This document shows, piece by piece, positions 9,790 to 19,613 of a DNA stretch of 64,000 bases; within the stretch, counting starts at the first letter, position 1; every line of letters starts with the position of its first letter. The stretch lies in assembly GCA_037133375.1 (NCBI GenBank), contig JBAXOF010000001.1:4724-68723 (forward strand), given 5' to 3'. A program made the translations under genes and the position numbers. The notes beneath the pieces are model-generated. The model made no database searches. It had not been told where the DNA came from and saw only the letters and a program-made list of their open reading frames with translations. This stretch comes from Verrucomicrobiota bacterium (lineage in GTDB: Bacteria > Verrucomicrobiota > Verrucomicrobiia > Verrucomicrobiales > Akkermansiaceae).

Positions 9790-11145
9790 ATGACTGACAT
9801 GAACGCATCCCCGATCCGGCGCATCTCCGGACTCACGGCCACCTCCATCGTGGTGGCCAATATCATTGGCGTTGGTATTTTCACCAGCCTCGGGTTTCAG
9901 GTCGGCGGCTTGCCCAGCGGCTTTGCCATCCTGATGCTGTGGTTGGTCGGCGGCGTGTGCGCTATGTGCGGCGCGCTCTGTTATGCGGAATTGGCCACCG
10001 CCTTGCCAAGGTCGGGTGGCGAGTATCATTTCCTGGGCACTATCTATCATCCGTCACTGGGCTTCATGGCCGGCTGGATTTCCGCCACCGCGGGCTTTGC
10101 GGCACCGGTGGCCTTATACGCGATGGCCTTCGGCACCTACCTCCACGGCGTCGTGCCCGGCGTGCCGCCGCTGGCGGCCTCGCTGGCGGTAGTGTGGCTG
10201 GCCACGCTGCTGTTGTTAGGCGAGGTCAAGCTGGTTAGCGCGTTTCAAAACGCCTCAACGCTGCTGAAGGTGGCTTTAATAATCGGGTTGATTCTAGCGG
10301 GATGTTTCATGGGGGAGGTGCAACCGGTGTCGTTTTTGCCGCAAGCGGGTGATGGCGGGCGGATTGTCAGCGCGCCCTTTGCGGTGAGTCTGGTGTATGT
10401 GATGTTCGCCTATTCGGGGTGGAATGCTTCGACCTATATTGCGGGCGAAGTGCGCAATCCGTCACGCACGCTGCCGCTTTCGGTGGGACTCGGCACCTTG
10501 TTAGTGATGGTTTTGTATCTGGCGGTTAACGCGGTGTTCCTGCGCAGCACCCCGATGGCGGAGATGAAGGAAATGCCCGACAAGGTGGCGGTCGCCCTAA
10601 CTGTCGGACCGCATTTGTTCGGCGCGGCCGGGACCCGCATCATGGCGGGCCTGATTTGCGTGGGACTCATATCGACCATCAGTGCCTTGATGTGGATCGG
10701 CCCGCAGGTGACGGTGGTCATGGGGGAGGATCTGCGCGGCTTGCGCTGGTTTGCCGCCAGAAACCGGCGTGGCACCCCGGTGCGTGCCACCTTGGCCCAA
10801 TTCGGGTTGGTCAACTTGTTTTTGCTCACCTCGAGCTTTGATCAAGTGGTCAACAGCGCCATGTTCATCCTGCAACTGTGCTCGTTTCTAACGGTCATGG
10901 GGGTGTTCGTGCTGCGCTATAGGCGGCCGGACTTGAAGCGACCCTATCGGACCTGGGGCTACCCGGTCACGCCGCTGGTGTTTCTCGCAGTGTCGGTATG
11001 GATGCTCTGGCACCTGCTGTGCTCCAGACCCACCGAGTCGCTCATCGGTTTAGGCACCGCCGCCGTCGGCCTCATCCTCTACTTGCTTTCCGCGAGAAAT
11101 GCTCCAACATCCAGCCCAACCCCTACCCACCATGAGCCGAATTAA
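9790..11145 (+). CDS. APC-family amino acid permease
   Basis: About 12 TM; TM1 motif VANIIGVGIF, LCYAELATALPRSGGEY, TM6 FAYSGWNAS, C-terminal RRPDLKRPYRTWGYP. Confidence 0.93.
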   Translation: MTDMNASPIRRISGLTATSIVVANIIGVGIFTSLGFQVGGLPSGFAILMLWLVGGVCAMCGALCYAELATALPRSGGEYHFLGTIYHPSLGFMAGWISATAGFAAPVALYAMAFGTYLHGVVPGVPPLAASLAVVWLATLLLLGEVKLVSAFQNASTLLKVALIIGLILAGCFMGEVQPVSFLPQAGDGGRIVSAPFAVSLVYVMFAYSGWNASTYIAGEVRNPSRTLPLSVGLGTLLVMVLYLAVNAVFLRSTPMAEMKEMPDKVAVALTVGPHLFGAAGTRIMAGLICVGLISTISALMWIGPQVTVVMGEDLRGLRWFAARNRRGTPVRATLAQFGLVNLFLLTSSFDQVVNSAMFILQLCSFLTVMGVFVLRYRRPDLKRPYRTWGYPVTPLVFLAVSVWMLWHLLCSRPTESLIGLGTAAVGLILYLLSARNAPTSSPTPTHHEPN

Positions 11146-12367
11146 CCGATCCATTGCAGTGACAGGCGTCGCGTGCCTGTTAGCCGCCCACGTGCTGGCC
11201 CAAGATCCACAACCCGCACCAGTGGCCATCCCGGTGGCTGCCGCGCCAGTGGCCGCGGCTAATCCGCTCAACGACACCGCGCGCCTCTTGGCCGGCATGC
11301 CGCCGTCCGCCGACCCGATCATGGCGGAGTTGATCAAGGAAAGTTCGTGGCAACAACACGCGAAGTTTTTCGACACGGCGTGGGCGAACTTGGAAAAAAA
11401 TCAAATCTCTAAAGTGCGGGCCTGGGCCCGGACTAACATTCCTGACGCCTTCGCCGCCAAGGGCACCGCGTTCTATATGTTCAGCGGCCCGGATTTCCTC
11501 TACGCCGACACGTTTTTCCCCCAAGCCGACACTTATGTCCTGTGCGGCATCGAACCGATCGGGCCGTTGCCGGATGTGTCCAAGCTGCCGCCGCACGCGC
11601 TGGGCGGCGAGTTGCACGCGCTCCAGGCGTCGCTCAATTCCGTGCTCAACCTGAGCTTTTTCATCACCAAGAAGATGAAGGATGATTTCCAGAACCACAC
11701 CTTGAAAGGCACTCTGCCGGTTCTCTATATTTTCCTGGCACGCTCGGGCATGACCCTCACCGATGTGAGTTATGTGGGACTCGATGCGGACGGCGTGCTC
11801 ACTCCCCAACAAGACGCCACCCGCAGCGCCAAGGCCACCGCTCCCGGCGTGCGCATCCATTTCCTGGCCGCCGGGTCCACCACGCCGCGCACCCTGTATT
11901 ATTTCAGCACCGATATCTCGGACGGCGGCTTGAAGCAAAGCGGATTCCTCAAGTTCTGCAAAACCCTCGCTCCCGGCATTAGTTGCGTGAAGTCCGCCTC
12001 CTACCTCATGCATGAAAGTTATTTCTCCGCAATTCGCGCTTTCTTGTTAGAAAGCTCGACCACCCTGGTGCAGGATGACTCCGGCATCCCGGTTTCCTTC
12101 TTTGCGGCCGATACCTGGAAGATGGCGTATTTCGGCAGCTATCCCGGGCCGATCGCCTTGTTCAAGAACTGCTTCCAACCGAAACTGGCGGAGGCCTATC
12201 GCACGACCAAGCCGGAACCGCTCAACTTCGGCATCGGCTACCGCTTCCGCGCCGGCGAGTCCACCCTGATGGTCGCCACACGCAAGCCGGCAACCGGCAC
12301 CGCGCCGCTACCCAAGAGTGAACCTGACGCGCTCGCGCCGCGGGCAGTGGTGGTGCCGGCACCGTAA
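11132..12367 (+). CDS. Conserved hypothetical exported protein, possibly methyltransferase-like fold
   Basis: Signal peptide (MSRINRSIAVTGVACLLAAHVLA-Q). Start overlaps the permease 3' end by 14 nt. Motif-like segments FYMFSGPDFL, YVLCGIEP, VKSASYLMH, VQDDSG. Function is inference only. Confidence 0.7.
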   Translation: MSRINRSIAVTGVACLLAAHVLAQDPQPAPVAIPVAAAPVAAANPLNDTARLLAGMPPSADPIMAELIKESSWQQHAKFFDTAWANLEKNQISKVRAWARTNIPDAFAAKGTAFYMFSGPDFLYADTFFPQADTYVLCGIEPIGPLPDVSKLPPHALGGELHALQASLNSVLNLSFFITKKMKDDFQNHTLKGTLPVLYIFLARSGMTLTDVSYVGLDADGVLTPQQDATRSAKATAPGVRIHFLAAGSTTPRTLYYFSTDISDGGLKQSGFLKFCKTLAPGISCVKSASYLMHESYFSAIRAFLLESSTTLVQDDSGIPVSFFAADTWKMAYFGSYPGPIALFKNCFQPKLAEAYRTTKPEPLNFGIGYRFRAGESTLMVATRKPATGTAPLPKSEPDALAPRAVVVPAP

Positions 12368-12441
12368 GCTGCGGCCATTCTAACATGCCGGTGCCGGGAA
12401 GAGACTTGTGCGCCGGGCCGATCCATGCATGATCGCCGTCT

Positions 12442-13716
12442 ATGAGCGATTGGAATTTCATGACTGTGATCATTGTCCTCGGCGTGTTTGCGCTGTGGAA
12501 GCTGGACCTGGCCGCCACCCTGCTCAACCTCAAGACCTTCCCCGCCAGTGTCCCGCCGGACCTCGCCGACCTCATGAGCACCGAGAAGCTCGATAAGTCG
12601 CGCGACTATCTGCGCGTCAACGCACGCTTCGGCATCCTGCAATCGAGTTTCTCGCTGACCGTGTTGCTGTTGTTCTGGGGCCTGGGTGGCTTCGGTTGGC
12701 TCGACGGATTGGCGCGCGCATGGACCACCTCGGAATTGACCGCAGGGCTGGTTTTCCTTCCCTTGTTAGCCATCGGCCAAAGCCTGCTCGGTCTGCCATT
12801 TGAGGTGTATGACACCTTTGTCATCGAGCAGGGCTTCGGCTTCAACCGCGCCTCGCCGCGCACCTTTATCCTCGACCGCCTCAAAGGGTTGTTGCTGGCC
12901 GCGTTGCTGGGCCTGCCGCTGCTGGCCGCCGTGTTGTGGATTTTTAGCAACGTCGCCCATGCCTGGTTGTGGGCCTGGGCGGTGGTGACCACATTTCAAC
13001 TCATTCTCACCTACCTCGCGCCGTCGTGGATCTTGCCGCTGTTCAATAAGTTCACCCCAATGCCGGAGGGCGATCTCAAACAGGCGATCGAGGCCTTGGG
13101 CGAGCGCTGCCAGTTCCCTCTCTCAGGCGTGTTTGTCATGGACGGCTCGAAGCGCTCGACCAAGGCCAATGCCTTCTTCACCGGCCTGGGTAAACGTAAG
13201 AAAATCGCGCTCTTCGACACCCTGCTGGAAAAAAGCCGCACGGACGAGTTGCTCGGTGTGCTGGCCCATGAGATCGGTCATTTTCGCTGCGGCCACATCA
13301 AACAACGGCTCGCGGTGGGCATCTTGCAAAGCGCCGTCATCTTCTTTCTGCTAGGCCTGGCCACCGCCCCGCAGGGCGCCTTCGCCCGCGTCCTCTTCGA
13401 TGCCTTCGGCGTGCCCGCCATCTCGCCCCACGTCGGGCTTGTCCTCTTCATGATCCTGCTCGAACCCGTTAGTAAGTTGTTAGGTGTGCTCGCCAACGCC
13501 TGGTCGCGCAAGCACGAATTCGAGGCCGACGCCTATGCCGCCAAGGTCACCGGCAACGGTGGAGCCCTCGGCGAGGCGCTCAAAAAACTCTCCGTCGATC
13601 ACCTGTCGCATCCCGCTCCTGCCGCCTTGCGGGTGTGGCTGGATTATTCGCATCCGCCGCTGCTGCAACGCCTCGCTGCGCTGCGCAAACAGGCAAGCTG
13701 CCAGGCAAGCCCATAA
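12442..13716 (+). CDS. M48 family zinc metalloprotease (Ste24/CAAX prenyl protease 1-like)
   Basis: Multi-TM N-terminal domain; DGSKRSTKANAFFTG; zinc motif LAHEIGH; EFEADAYA; YSHPPLLQR. Confidence 0.93.
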   Translation: MSDWNFMTVIIVLGVFALWKLDLAATLLNLKTFPASVPPDLADLMSTEKLDKSRDYLRVNARFGILQSSFSLTVLLLFWGLGGFGWLDGLARAWTTSELTAGLVFLPLLAIGQSLLGLPFEVYDTFVIEQGFGFNRASPRTFILDRLKGLLLAALLGLPLLAAVLWIFSNVAHAWLWAWAVVTTFQLILTYLAPSWILPLFNKFTPMPEGDLKQAIEALGERCQFPLSGVFVMDGSKRSTKANAFFTGLGKRKKIALFDTLLEKSRTDELLGVLAHEIGHFRCGHIKQRLAVGILQSAVIFFLLGLATAPQGAFARVLFDAFGVPAISPHVGLVLFMILLEPVSKLLGVLANAWSRKHEFEADAYAAKVTGNGGALGEALKKLSVDHLSHPAPAALRVWLDYSHPPLLQRLAALRKQASCQASP

Positions 13717-13776
13717 ACTTGGCTGCGCTGCTTGCCTGCGAGAAAATTCCCACTAGTCTGCCAGACAGTTTCCGCC

Positions 13777-14598
13777 ATGCATCTGCTCCTCATCGGCCAC
13801 GGCTACTTGGGCCAAGCCATCACCCGCGAGTTCCGCCAGACCGGTTGGGACGTCACGCCTGTTTCGCTCGGCGGCGAGAATGGTGTGACCGCCTGTGATG
13901 TGGGTGCCGCGCACGCCGTGACGGCACTGCGCGGCGCGTGCGCGCCGGACCTCATCATCCATTGTGCCGCCTCCGGCCGTGGCGGTGCGGCAGCCTATCA
14001 ACATGTGTATGTCGATGGTTGCCGCCATCTGTTGAACACTTTTTCCGGCATTCCCCTGATCTTTACCTCCAGTTCCTCAGTCTATGCCCAAACCGACGGC
14101 TCGGTGGTCACGGAAGATAGTCCCACGCTGCCGACCCGCGACACCGGACATCTATTGTTAGAAGCCGAGGCCGTCACGCTTGCCGGCGGCGGGATTGTCA
14201 CCCGCCTTGCGGGCATTTACGGCCCAGGCCGCAGTGTGATCCTGAAGAAGTTTCTCGATGGAGAGGCCGTCATCGAAGACGATGGCGGGCGCTATCTGAA
14301 CCAAATCCACCGCGACGATGCCGTGAGCGCCATCCATCATCTCGCGACCCACACCGCGGCGTATCGTGGCGAGGTTTTTAATGTCAGTGACTCCGCCCCG
14401 CTGACCCAGCTCAGTTGCTACCAACACCTCAGCGCGCTATTCGGGCTGCCGCTGCCGCCAAGCGCCCCACGCGACGTCAACCGCAAGCGCGGCTGGACCC
14501 ACAAACAAGTCTCCAATGCCAAGTTGCAAGCCACCGGTTGGTGCCCGCAATTTTCCTCGTTTCTGACTGCGGCACCAGCCATCGCCCGCACTCTCTGA
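13777..14598 (+). CDS. NAD-dependent epimerase/dehydratase (atypical SDR, YeeZ-like)
   Basis: LLIGHGYLG Rossmann motif; FTSSSSVYA; RLAGIYGPGR; NQIHRDDA. Confidence 0.88.
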   Translation: MHLLLIGHGYLGQAITREFRQTGWDVTPVSLGGENGVTACDVGAAHAVTALRGACAPDLIIHCAASGRGGAAAYQHVYVDGCRHLLNTFSGIPLIFTSSSSVYAQTDGSVVTEDSPTLPTRDTGHLLLEAEAVTLAGGGIVTRLAGIYGPGRSVILKKFLDGEAVIEDDGGRYLNQIHRDDAVSAIHHLATHTAAYRGEVFNVSDSAPLTQLSCYQHLSALFGLPLPPSAPRDVNRKRGWTHKQVSNAKLQATGWCPQFSSFLTAAPAIARTL

Positions 14599-14608
14599 GC
14601 GCGGTGCC

Positions 14609-16411
14609 TCAGCCGGTGAAATATAGATACGCGCCGAGGATGCAGGCGAGGATCATCACCGATCCTAACACATCCATCCAATTCCAGCTCGCACGGGTGA
14701 GTGCCTTGTCCTCGGCGCTGGCTGTGGCAAAGGTCAGCCCTTGGATTTGCGGTTGATTGGGTTCTTCTGTTAGATAGCTGACCGTCACCATCACCACCGC
14801 CGACACCACGGTGATGAGGATGCTGAAATACTGGAAGTTGATATTGTTGATGATCCACAGGAACGAGCCATGGTCATATTCCTTGAACATGCCGAGCGTG
14901 ATGGGCGTGTCCACCGCCATGCGGAAGATGCCGACGATAAAACCGATGACCATCGCCCAAAAACAGCCGTGCTTGTTGAGGCGTTTCCAAAACACGCCGA
15001 AGAAAAACACCACGAAAATTGGCGGCGCGAGATAGCCCTGCACCGATTGCAGATATTCATAAAGGCCGTGCGCACCTTTGACCACGGGAATCCACAGCAG
15101 CGCGATGATCACCATTCCCACAGTGGCAAGCCGGCCCATTCTAACCAATTCAGACTGGCTCGCCAGGGGCCGGAGCTTTTCATAGATATCTACCGTAAAC
15201 AGGGTGGAGCAGGCATTGAACACGCCGGCGAGCGACCCCATCAGCGCGGAGAGCAAGCCGGCCACCACGATGCCGCGCAGCCCGGCCGGCAGCAGGTATT
15301 GCACCATCATGGGGAAGGCTCCTTGCGAACCTTTCTCGGCGAAGGCCGCGGTCATTTCCGGAATCACATCCTTCTTGACCAGCGCATAACAAATCAGCCC
15401 GGGAATGATGAACAAGTATACCGGAAATAACTTCAGAAAGGCGGCGAAGATGCTGCCCTCGCGGGCAACCTTTTGGTTAGGGGCACCGAGCGCGCGCTGG
15501 ACGATGTATTGGTCGGTGCACCAATACCACAGGCCGATGACCGGCGCGCAGATTGCCATGCCGAGCCACGGGAAGTTGTTGTTGAAATACCACGCCTGTT
15601 TGACAATGCCGCCGGCCGCGTTGAACTCCCTGACCGGTGCCCACGAGGCGGCCTGGCCTGCCGGCACCAGCGGTTTCCACAGGTTGAACATGTCCGTGCC
15701 GCAGATGTGCCGCAACTCGCCCCACCCACCGAGCTTGTGCAAGCCGTAAAAGGTCAGCACCGCGGAACCGCCGATCAACACCACCACCTGCACCGCATCG
15801 TTGTAGGCCACCGCGCGCATGCCGCCGAGCGCGGTGTAAAGTCCGGTTAGCACAATCACCGCGATCGAGCCTATCCAAAAGCTGTCGATCACCGTGTGGC
15901 CGATGGTGATTTGCATTTCCGGCAGCAAGGTGCCGAAGACGATGCCGCCGGCGAAAATCCCCACTGCGATTTTCGACAGGATGAAGGTGATGATGGAAAC
16001 GATCGAGAGCACGTAACGCGAGCCCACCGAGAAGCGCCGCTCCAGAAACTCCGGCATGGTGAACACCTGGGAACGCATGTAGAAGGGCACAAACACCCAC
16101 GCCAACACCAGCAGGCACCAAGCGTGGAGTTCGTAGTGGGCGAGGGCCATGCCGTCCTTGGCTCCAGAACCGGCGAGACCCACGATGTGCTCGGACCCAA
16201 TGTTGGAGGCAAAGATCGACGCCCCAATCACCCACCAGCCGAGATTGCGCCCGGCAAGGAAATAATCGGCCGCAGTATCCTTGTTTGTTCTAACAACCCA
16301 ACACGCCACGCCCAGCAGGATGGAGAAATAGATGGCGATCATCAGCCAGTCGATAGGGGCCATGTGGCTGGTCACGGCGGCCAGTGGCGCGTGCGGCAGG
16401 TGGAGTTGCAT
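14609..16411 (-). CDS. Sodium:solute symporter (SSS/SGLT-like sugar transporter)
   Basis: YFLAGRNLGWW, ASNIGSEH, YTALGGMRAVAYND, WYWCTDQYIVQRAL, LLSALMGSL...FNACSTLFTVDIY. Alternative start at 16363. Confidence 0.95.
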   Translation of the reverse strand: MQLHLPHAPLAAVTSHMAPIDWLMIAIYFSILLGVACWVVRTNKDTAADYFLAGRNLGWWVIGASIFASNIGSEHIVGLAGSGAKDGMALAHYELHAWCLLVLAWVFVPFYMRSQVFTMPEFLERRFSVGSRYVLSIVSIITFILSKIAVGIFAGGIVFGTLLPEMQITIGHTVIDSFWIGSIAVIVLTGLYTALGGMRAVAYNDAVQVVVLIGGSAVLTFYGLHKLGGWGELRHICGTDMFNLWKPLVPAGQAASWAPVREFNAAGGIVKQAWYFNNNFPWLGMAICAPVIGLWYWCTDQYIVQRALGAPNQKVAREGSIFAAFLKLFPVYLFIIPGLICYALVKKDVIPEMTAAFAEKGSQGAFPMMVQYLLPAGLRGIVVAGLLSALMGSLAGVFNACSTLFTVDIYEKLRPLASQSELVRMGRLATVGMVIIALLWIPVVKGAHGLYEYLQSVQGYLAPPIFVVFFFGVFWKRLNKHGCFWAMVIGFIVGIFRMAVDTPITLGMFKEYDHGSFLWIINNINFQYFSILITVVSAVVMVTVSYLTEEPNQPQIQGLTFATASAEDKALTRASWNWMDVLGSVMILACILGAYLYFTG

Positions 16412-16435
16412 GTTCGGGGTGTTGTATGTTAGATA

Positions 16436-17533
16436 TCAGCGCAGCACGCGGGCACCGCCGCCGGCGAGGAGTTTTTCCACCTCCATGCGGGTGGCCATGG
16501 AGGTGTCCCCGGGCGTGGTGGAGGCCAAGGCACCATGGGCGGCACCGTAAGCGACGGCCAGTTGCGGGTCATTGAACTCCATGAAGCCAAATTGCAGGCC
16601 GCTGGCAAAACTATCGCCGCCACCGACGCGGTCGAGGATTTCGAGTCCAGGGTATTGGCGGCTTTCGTAAAACTGTCCGGCATGCCAGAGGATGGCGGAC
16701 CAGTCGTTGTTAGTTGCGGTGATGACGCGGCGCAGGGTGGTGGCAGCCACCTTGAAGTTAGGGAAGTCCTTGACTGCGGTTTCAATCATCGCTTTGAACG
16801 CCCCGGTCTCGATGGCGGTCAGATGAGAGTCGCCGCCCGCAACCTCGAAGCCTAGCGAAGCGGTGAAATCCTCCTCATTGCCGAGCATCACGTCCACATA
16901 TCTGGCAATCTCACGGTTGACCTCCCGCGCCTTGGCCAGTCCGCCGATGGTCTTCCACAACGACGGGCGATAGTTGAGGTCGTAGGAAACCACGGTGCCG
17001 TGTTTGTTAGCCGCCTTGACCGCCTCCACGGTGAGCGCGGCGGTGCTCGCCGAGAGTGCGGCGAAGATCCCGCCGGTATGGAACCAGCGCACGCCAAGCT
17101 CACCGAAGAGGTGATCCCAATCGATGTCGCCGGGTCGGAGTTGTGAGGCTGCGGTGTTGCCGCGGTCGGGGTTGCCCACCGCGCCGCGGATGCCGAAGCC
17201 GCGCTCGGTGAAATTGAGGCCATTTCTAACTGTGCGACCGATGCCGTCATCGCCGCGCCACTGGATGAATTCGGTGGCCACGCCGCCCTGCATGATGAAA
17301 TCCTCGATGAGGTGGCCGATTTCATTATCAACCAGGGCCGTGCACACCGCCGTCTTGTAACCGAAGCATTTGCGCAATCCGCGCGACGTGTTGTATTCGC
17401 CGCCGCCCTCCCAAGCAGTGAAGGCGCGGGCGGTGCGGATGCGGCCCTCGCCCGGGTCGAGGCGGAGCATGATTTCACCCAGTGAGATTTGATCGAACGC
17501 GCAGGCGGAGGTGGGTTTGAGTGTCAGGGCCAT
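16436..17533 (-). CDS. kdgK: PfkB-family sugar kinase, 2-keto-3-deoxygluconate kinase-like
   Basis: LGEIMLRL, GGGEYN, YDLNYRPSLW, GNEEDF, PfkB signature DRVGGGDSFASG; closely resembles the KDG kinase subfamily. Confidence 0.85.
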   Translation of the reverse strand: MALTLKPTSACAFDQISLGEIMLRLDPGEGRIRTARAFTAWEGGGEYNTSRGLRKCFGYKTAVCTALVDNEIGHLIEDFIMQGGVATEFIQWRGDDGIGRTVRNGLNFTERGFGIRGAVGNPDRGNTAASQLRPGDIDWDHLFGELGVRWFHTGGIFAALSASTAALTVEAVKAANKHGTVVSYDLNYRPSLWKTIGGLAKAREVNREIARYVDVMLGNEEDFTASLGFEVAGGDSHLTAIETGAFKAMIETAVKDFPNFKVAATTLRRVITATNNDWSAILWHAGQFYESRQYPGLEILDRVGGGDSFASGLQFGFMEFNDPQLAVAYGAAHGALASTTPGDTSMATRMEVEKLLAGGGARVLR

Positions 17534-17629
17534 GGTTGGTGGTGGTGTGTTAGAATGGGTCTTGTAAAGTGCCATCCGGCGTGCTGGCCATGGTTGGGAT
17601 CACAGCCTCAGACTCAGCCGCCCGGTGTC

Positions 17630-19423
17630 TCACCTGCCGCCGCCACCGGGATTTCCGTATCGTTGCCAGGTCTGCCCCACCGGTTTGGGATTGATCCCGA
17701 AGGAGAGGAGCCATTTCTCATTATCGATGGCCTGTCTGGCGTCAGCGCGCAGGGAGTTGGCCAGATCGGGTTGCCCGCCCTGTTCGGCGGCGGCGGCACC
17801 GTCCCGGAGCTTGGCAAGATAGGCGACGCGGATCCGGTTCACATCGGCCAGGAACGCGGCGTCGATCTGCTCTTGTTTTTTGGCGGAAACCTCGGCTATG
17901 TTGGACATCTGACTGGACATCGAGAGGCCGCTTTCCCGCGGAATGGAGCTGGGGACGCGCGCGTTTCTAACAGTTGCCTTGAGTTTGGCAACGTGCGGCT
18001 GCCAGGCGGCCTGCTCGGATTTGAACTGACCGCGGAGCCACTCATCGAGCAGGCTGTTGAACGAGTTAATATTGACGGCAAGCTGCTCCGCGCGTTTTTT
18101 ATCCGCCGCTACCACCAGTTCCTTGGCGCGCATGGACAAGTTATCAATATCACTGTTAGGAGACGCGGTGCCTTGCGGGCGCGTCGGGGGGTATTGCGGG
18201 CGCGTCGGGGTGTATGGGGAGGGGGATGGCTTCTCCTTGGCAGGGGCGGGTGTCTTGTTAGGAATGGCGGGCGCGACCGGTTGGCGCGCCGGTCCGTTCT
18301 CTTGGGGCCGGGGTGTCTTTGCCGAGCCCTCCTGAAGGCGCTTATATTCCTCCAGAGTTTGAGCGTTTTTCTCGGCGATTATCGTCATTTCCTTGTCATG
18401 GGCCACTTTGACCTTCCAGAAGTATACGGACAGGCCGATGACCCCAACCAGGAAAAGGTATTGGAGGAACGTGGCAATCCCGGATCCCTGAGGCCGAGCC
18501 TGCACCTGGGTGGCGACATTGGCCGCCGGGGCTTTGGACTTGGCTGACGTCAGGGGTGGCAGCGGCACGCCCTTGGTTTGGGGTGCCGGGGCGGGCATGA
18601 CGGCCTTGCGCTTGACCGAGGAATCCTTGGAAACAAGCCATTCCGCAAGGGCCGTGCTGAATGCGTGGGCGTCCTGATAGCGGCAAGCCGGATCCTCATG
18701 GGTGGCACGGCGCCAGATGACATCAATGCCCGGCCCGCAGCCACAACGCGACGATGGCGGAGGGGCACCGGATTCCTGCCCGTGGCCGGTGACCAGTTCA
18801 TAGAGAATGACCCCGACGGCATACAGATCGGAGCGCCGGTCTGCAAAATGGGGGTGGTGGATGACTTCGGGTGCGGTGTATCCAGGCGTGCCCATCACCA
18901 GGCCGGAACCGTCGGATTCAACCAGCCGGGCCAACCCGAAATCGCCGATTTTCGGCTCGACCTTGGCGGTGAGTAAAATGTTAGCTGGCTTGATGTCGCG
19001 ATGGATGATGCCATTTTCATGGGCGTGGCCCAGCCCTGCACAGATGCCCTGAATCAATTGGGCCGCCTGCACCGGGTCCACCTGTCGCCCATAGGAGGAA
19101 TGATAGAGAGATTTGCCCGGCACATATTCCATGACAATGTAGAGCATGCCATCGACCGCCCCCGAGTCATACACGCCGATGAGATTCGGGTGGTTGAGTC
19201 TGGCCATGGCGCGGGCTTCGGTTTCGAAGGACTGACGGAACAGGGGATCCGAGCCGAATTCGCGCGGCAGAATCTTGATGGCGACATCGCGGGCCAGCGA
19301 GCGTTGTTTGGCCTTATAGACCGCGCCCATGCCACCTTTGGCCACGAGTCCCTCGATGTCGAATGCGGGCAACAAACGTCCAAGATCTTCGAGCGAAGGA
19401 TCGTTGAATGATGGATGGGACAT
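17630..19423 (-). CDS. Hanks-type Ser/Thr protein kinase with Pro-rich linker, one TM and C-terminal domain
   Basis: GGMGAVYKA, VAIKIL, HRDIKPANILL, DFGLAR, GTPGYTAPE, DLYAVG; TM FLQYLFLVGVIGLSVYFW. Confidence 0.93.
   Translation of the reverse strand: MSHPSFNDPSLEDLGRLLPAFDIEGLVAKGGMGAVYKAKQRSLARDVAIKILPREFGSDPLFRQSFETEARAMARLNHPNLIGVYDSGAVDGMLYIVMEYVPGKSLYHSSYGRQVDPVQAAQLIQGICAGLGHAHENGIIHRDIKPANILLTAKVEPKIGDFGLARLVESDGSGLVMGTPGYTAPEVIHHPHFADRRSDLYAVGVILYELVTGHGQESGAPPPSSRCGCGPGIDVIWRRATHEDPACRYQDAHAFSTALAEWLVSKDSSVKRKAVMPAPAPQTKGVPLPPLTSAKSKAPAANVATQVQARPQGSGIATFLQYLFLVGVIGLSVYFWKVKVAHDKEMTIIAEKNAQTLEEYKRLQEGSAKTPRPQENGPARQPVAPAIPNKTPAPAKEKPSPSPYTPTRPQYPPTRPQGTASPNSDIDNLSMRAKELVVAADKKRAEQLAVNINSFNSLLDEWLRGQFKSEQAAWQPHVAKLKATVRNARVPSSIPRESGLSMSSQMSNIAEVSAKKQEQIDAAFLADVNRIRVAYLAKLRDGAAAAEQGGQPDLANSLRADARQAIDNEKWLLSFGINPKPVGQTWQRYGNPGGGGR
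18173..18214. repeat. Two-copy 21-bp tandem repeat inside the kinase gene (YTPTRPQ/YPPTRPQ)
   Basis: ttgcgggcgcgtcggggggta followed by ttgcgggcgcgtcggggtgta (1 mismatch). Confidence 0.85.
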
Positions 19424-19443
19424 GCGAATGCGCAGGTGGGGCT

Positions 19444-19455
19444 GACGCAGCCTAG
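19444..19455 (-). promoter_or_regulatory. Putative -10/discriminator element CTAGGCTGCGTC upstream of the Ser/Thr kinase
   Basis: The same 12-mer lies just upstream of the NA37 gene (26927-26938). TAGGCT fits TAnnnT. Confidence 0.4.
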
Positions 19456-19613
19456 CATCCCACGCGGGACAACGAAACAAAATTTCACCGGCTTTTCAGG
19501 CGAATGTGCCGCTGCATTGTCTTGATTTATCATCCCCGTGAATTACCCTCAGCGCGACCGGACGGGTGGAACACCACGGGCGATGCCGCCCCCTCCCGCC
19601 CCGGATATCTTCC

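Noticed and set aside
9641-9808. Cys-rich N-terminal extension (MRSCQSC...CPCRIRCC) of the 856-aa kinase ORF
   Set aside because: It spans the divergent promoter region and overlaps the permease start; the PAS domain begins right after Met at 9640, so it is an ORF-calling artefact.
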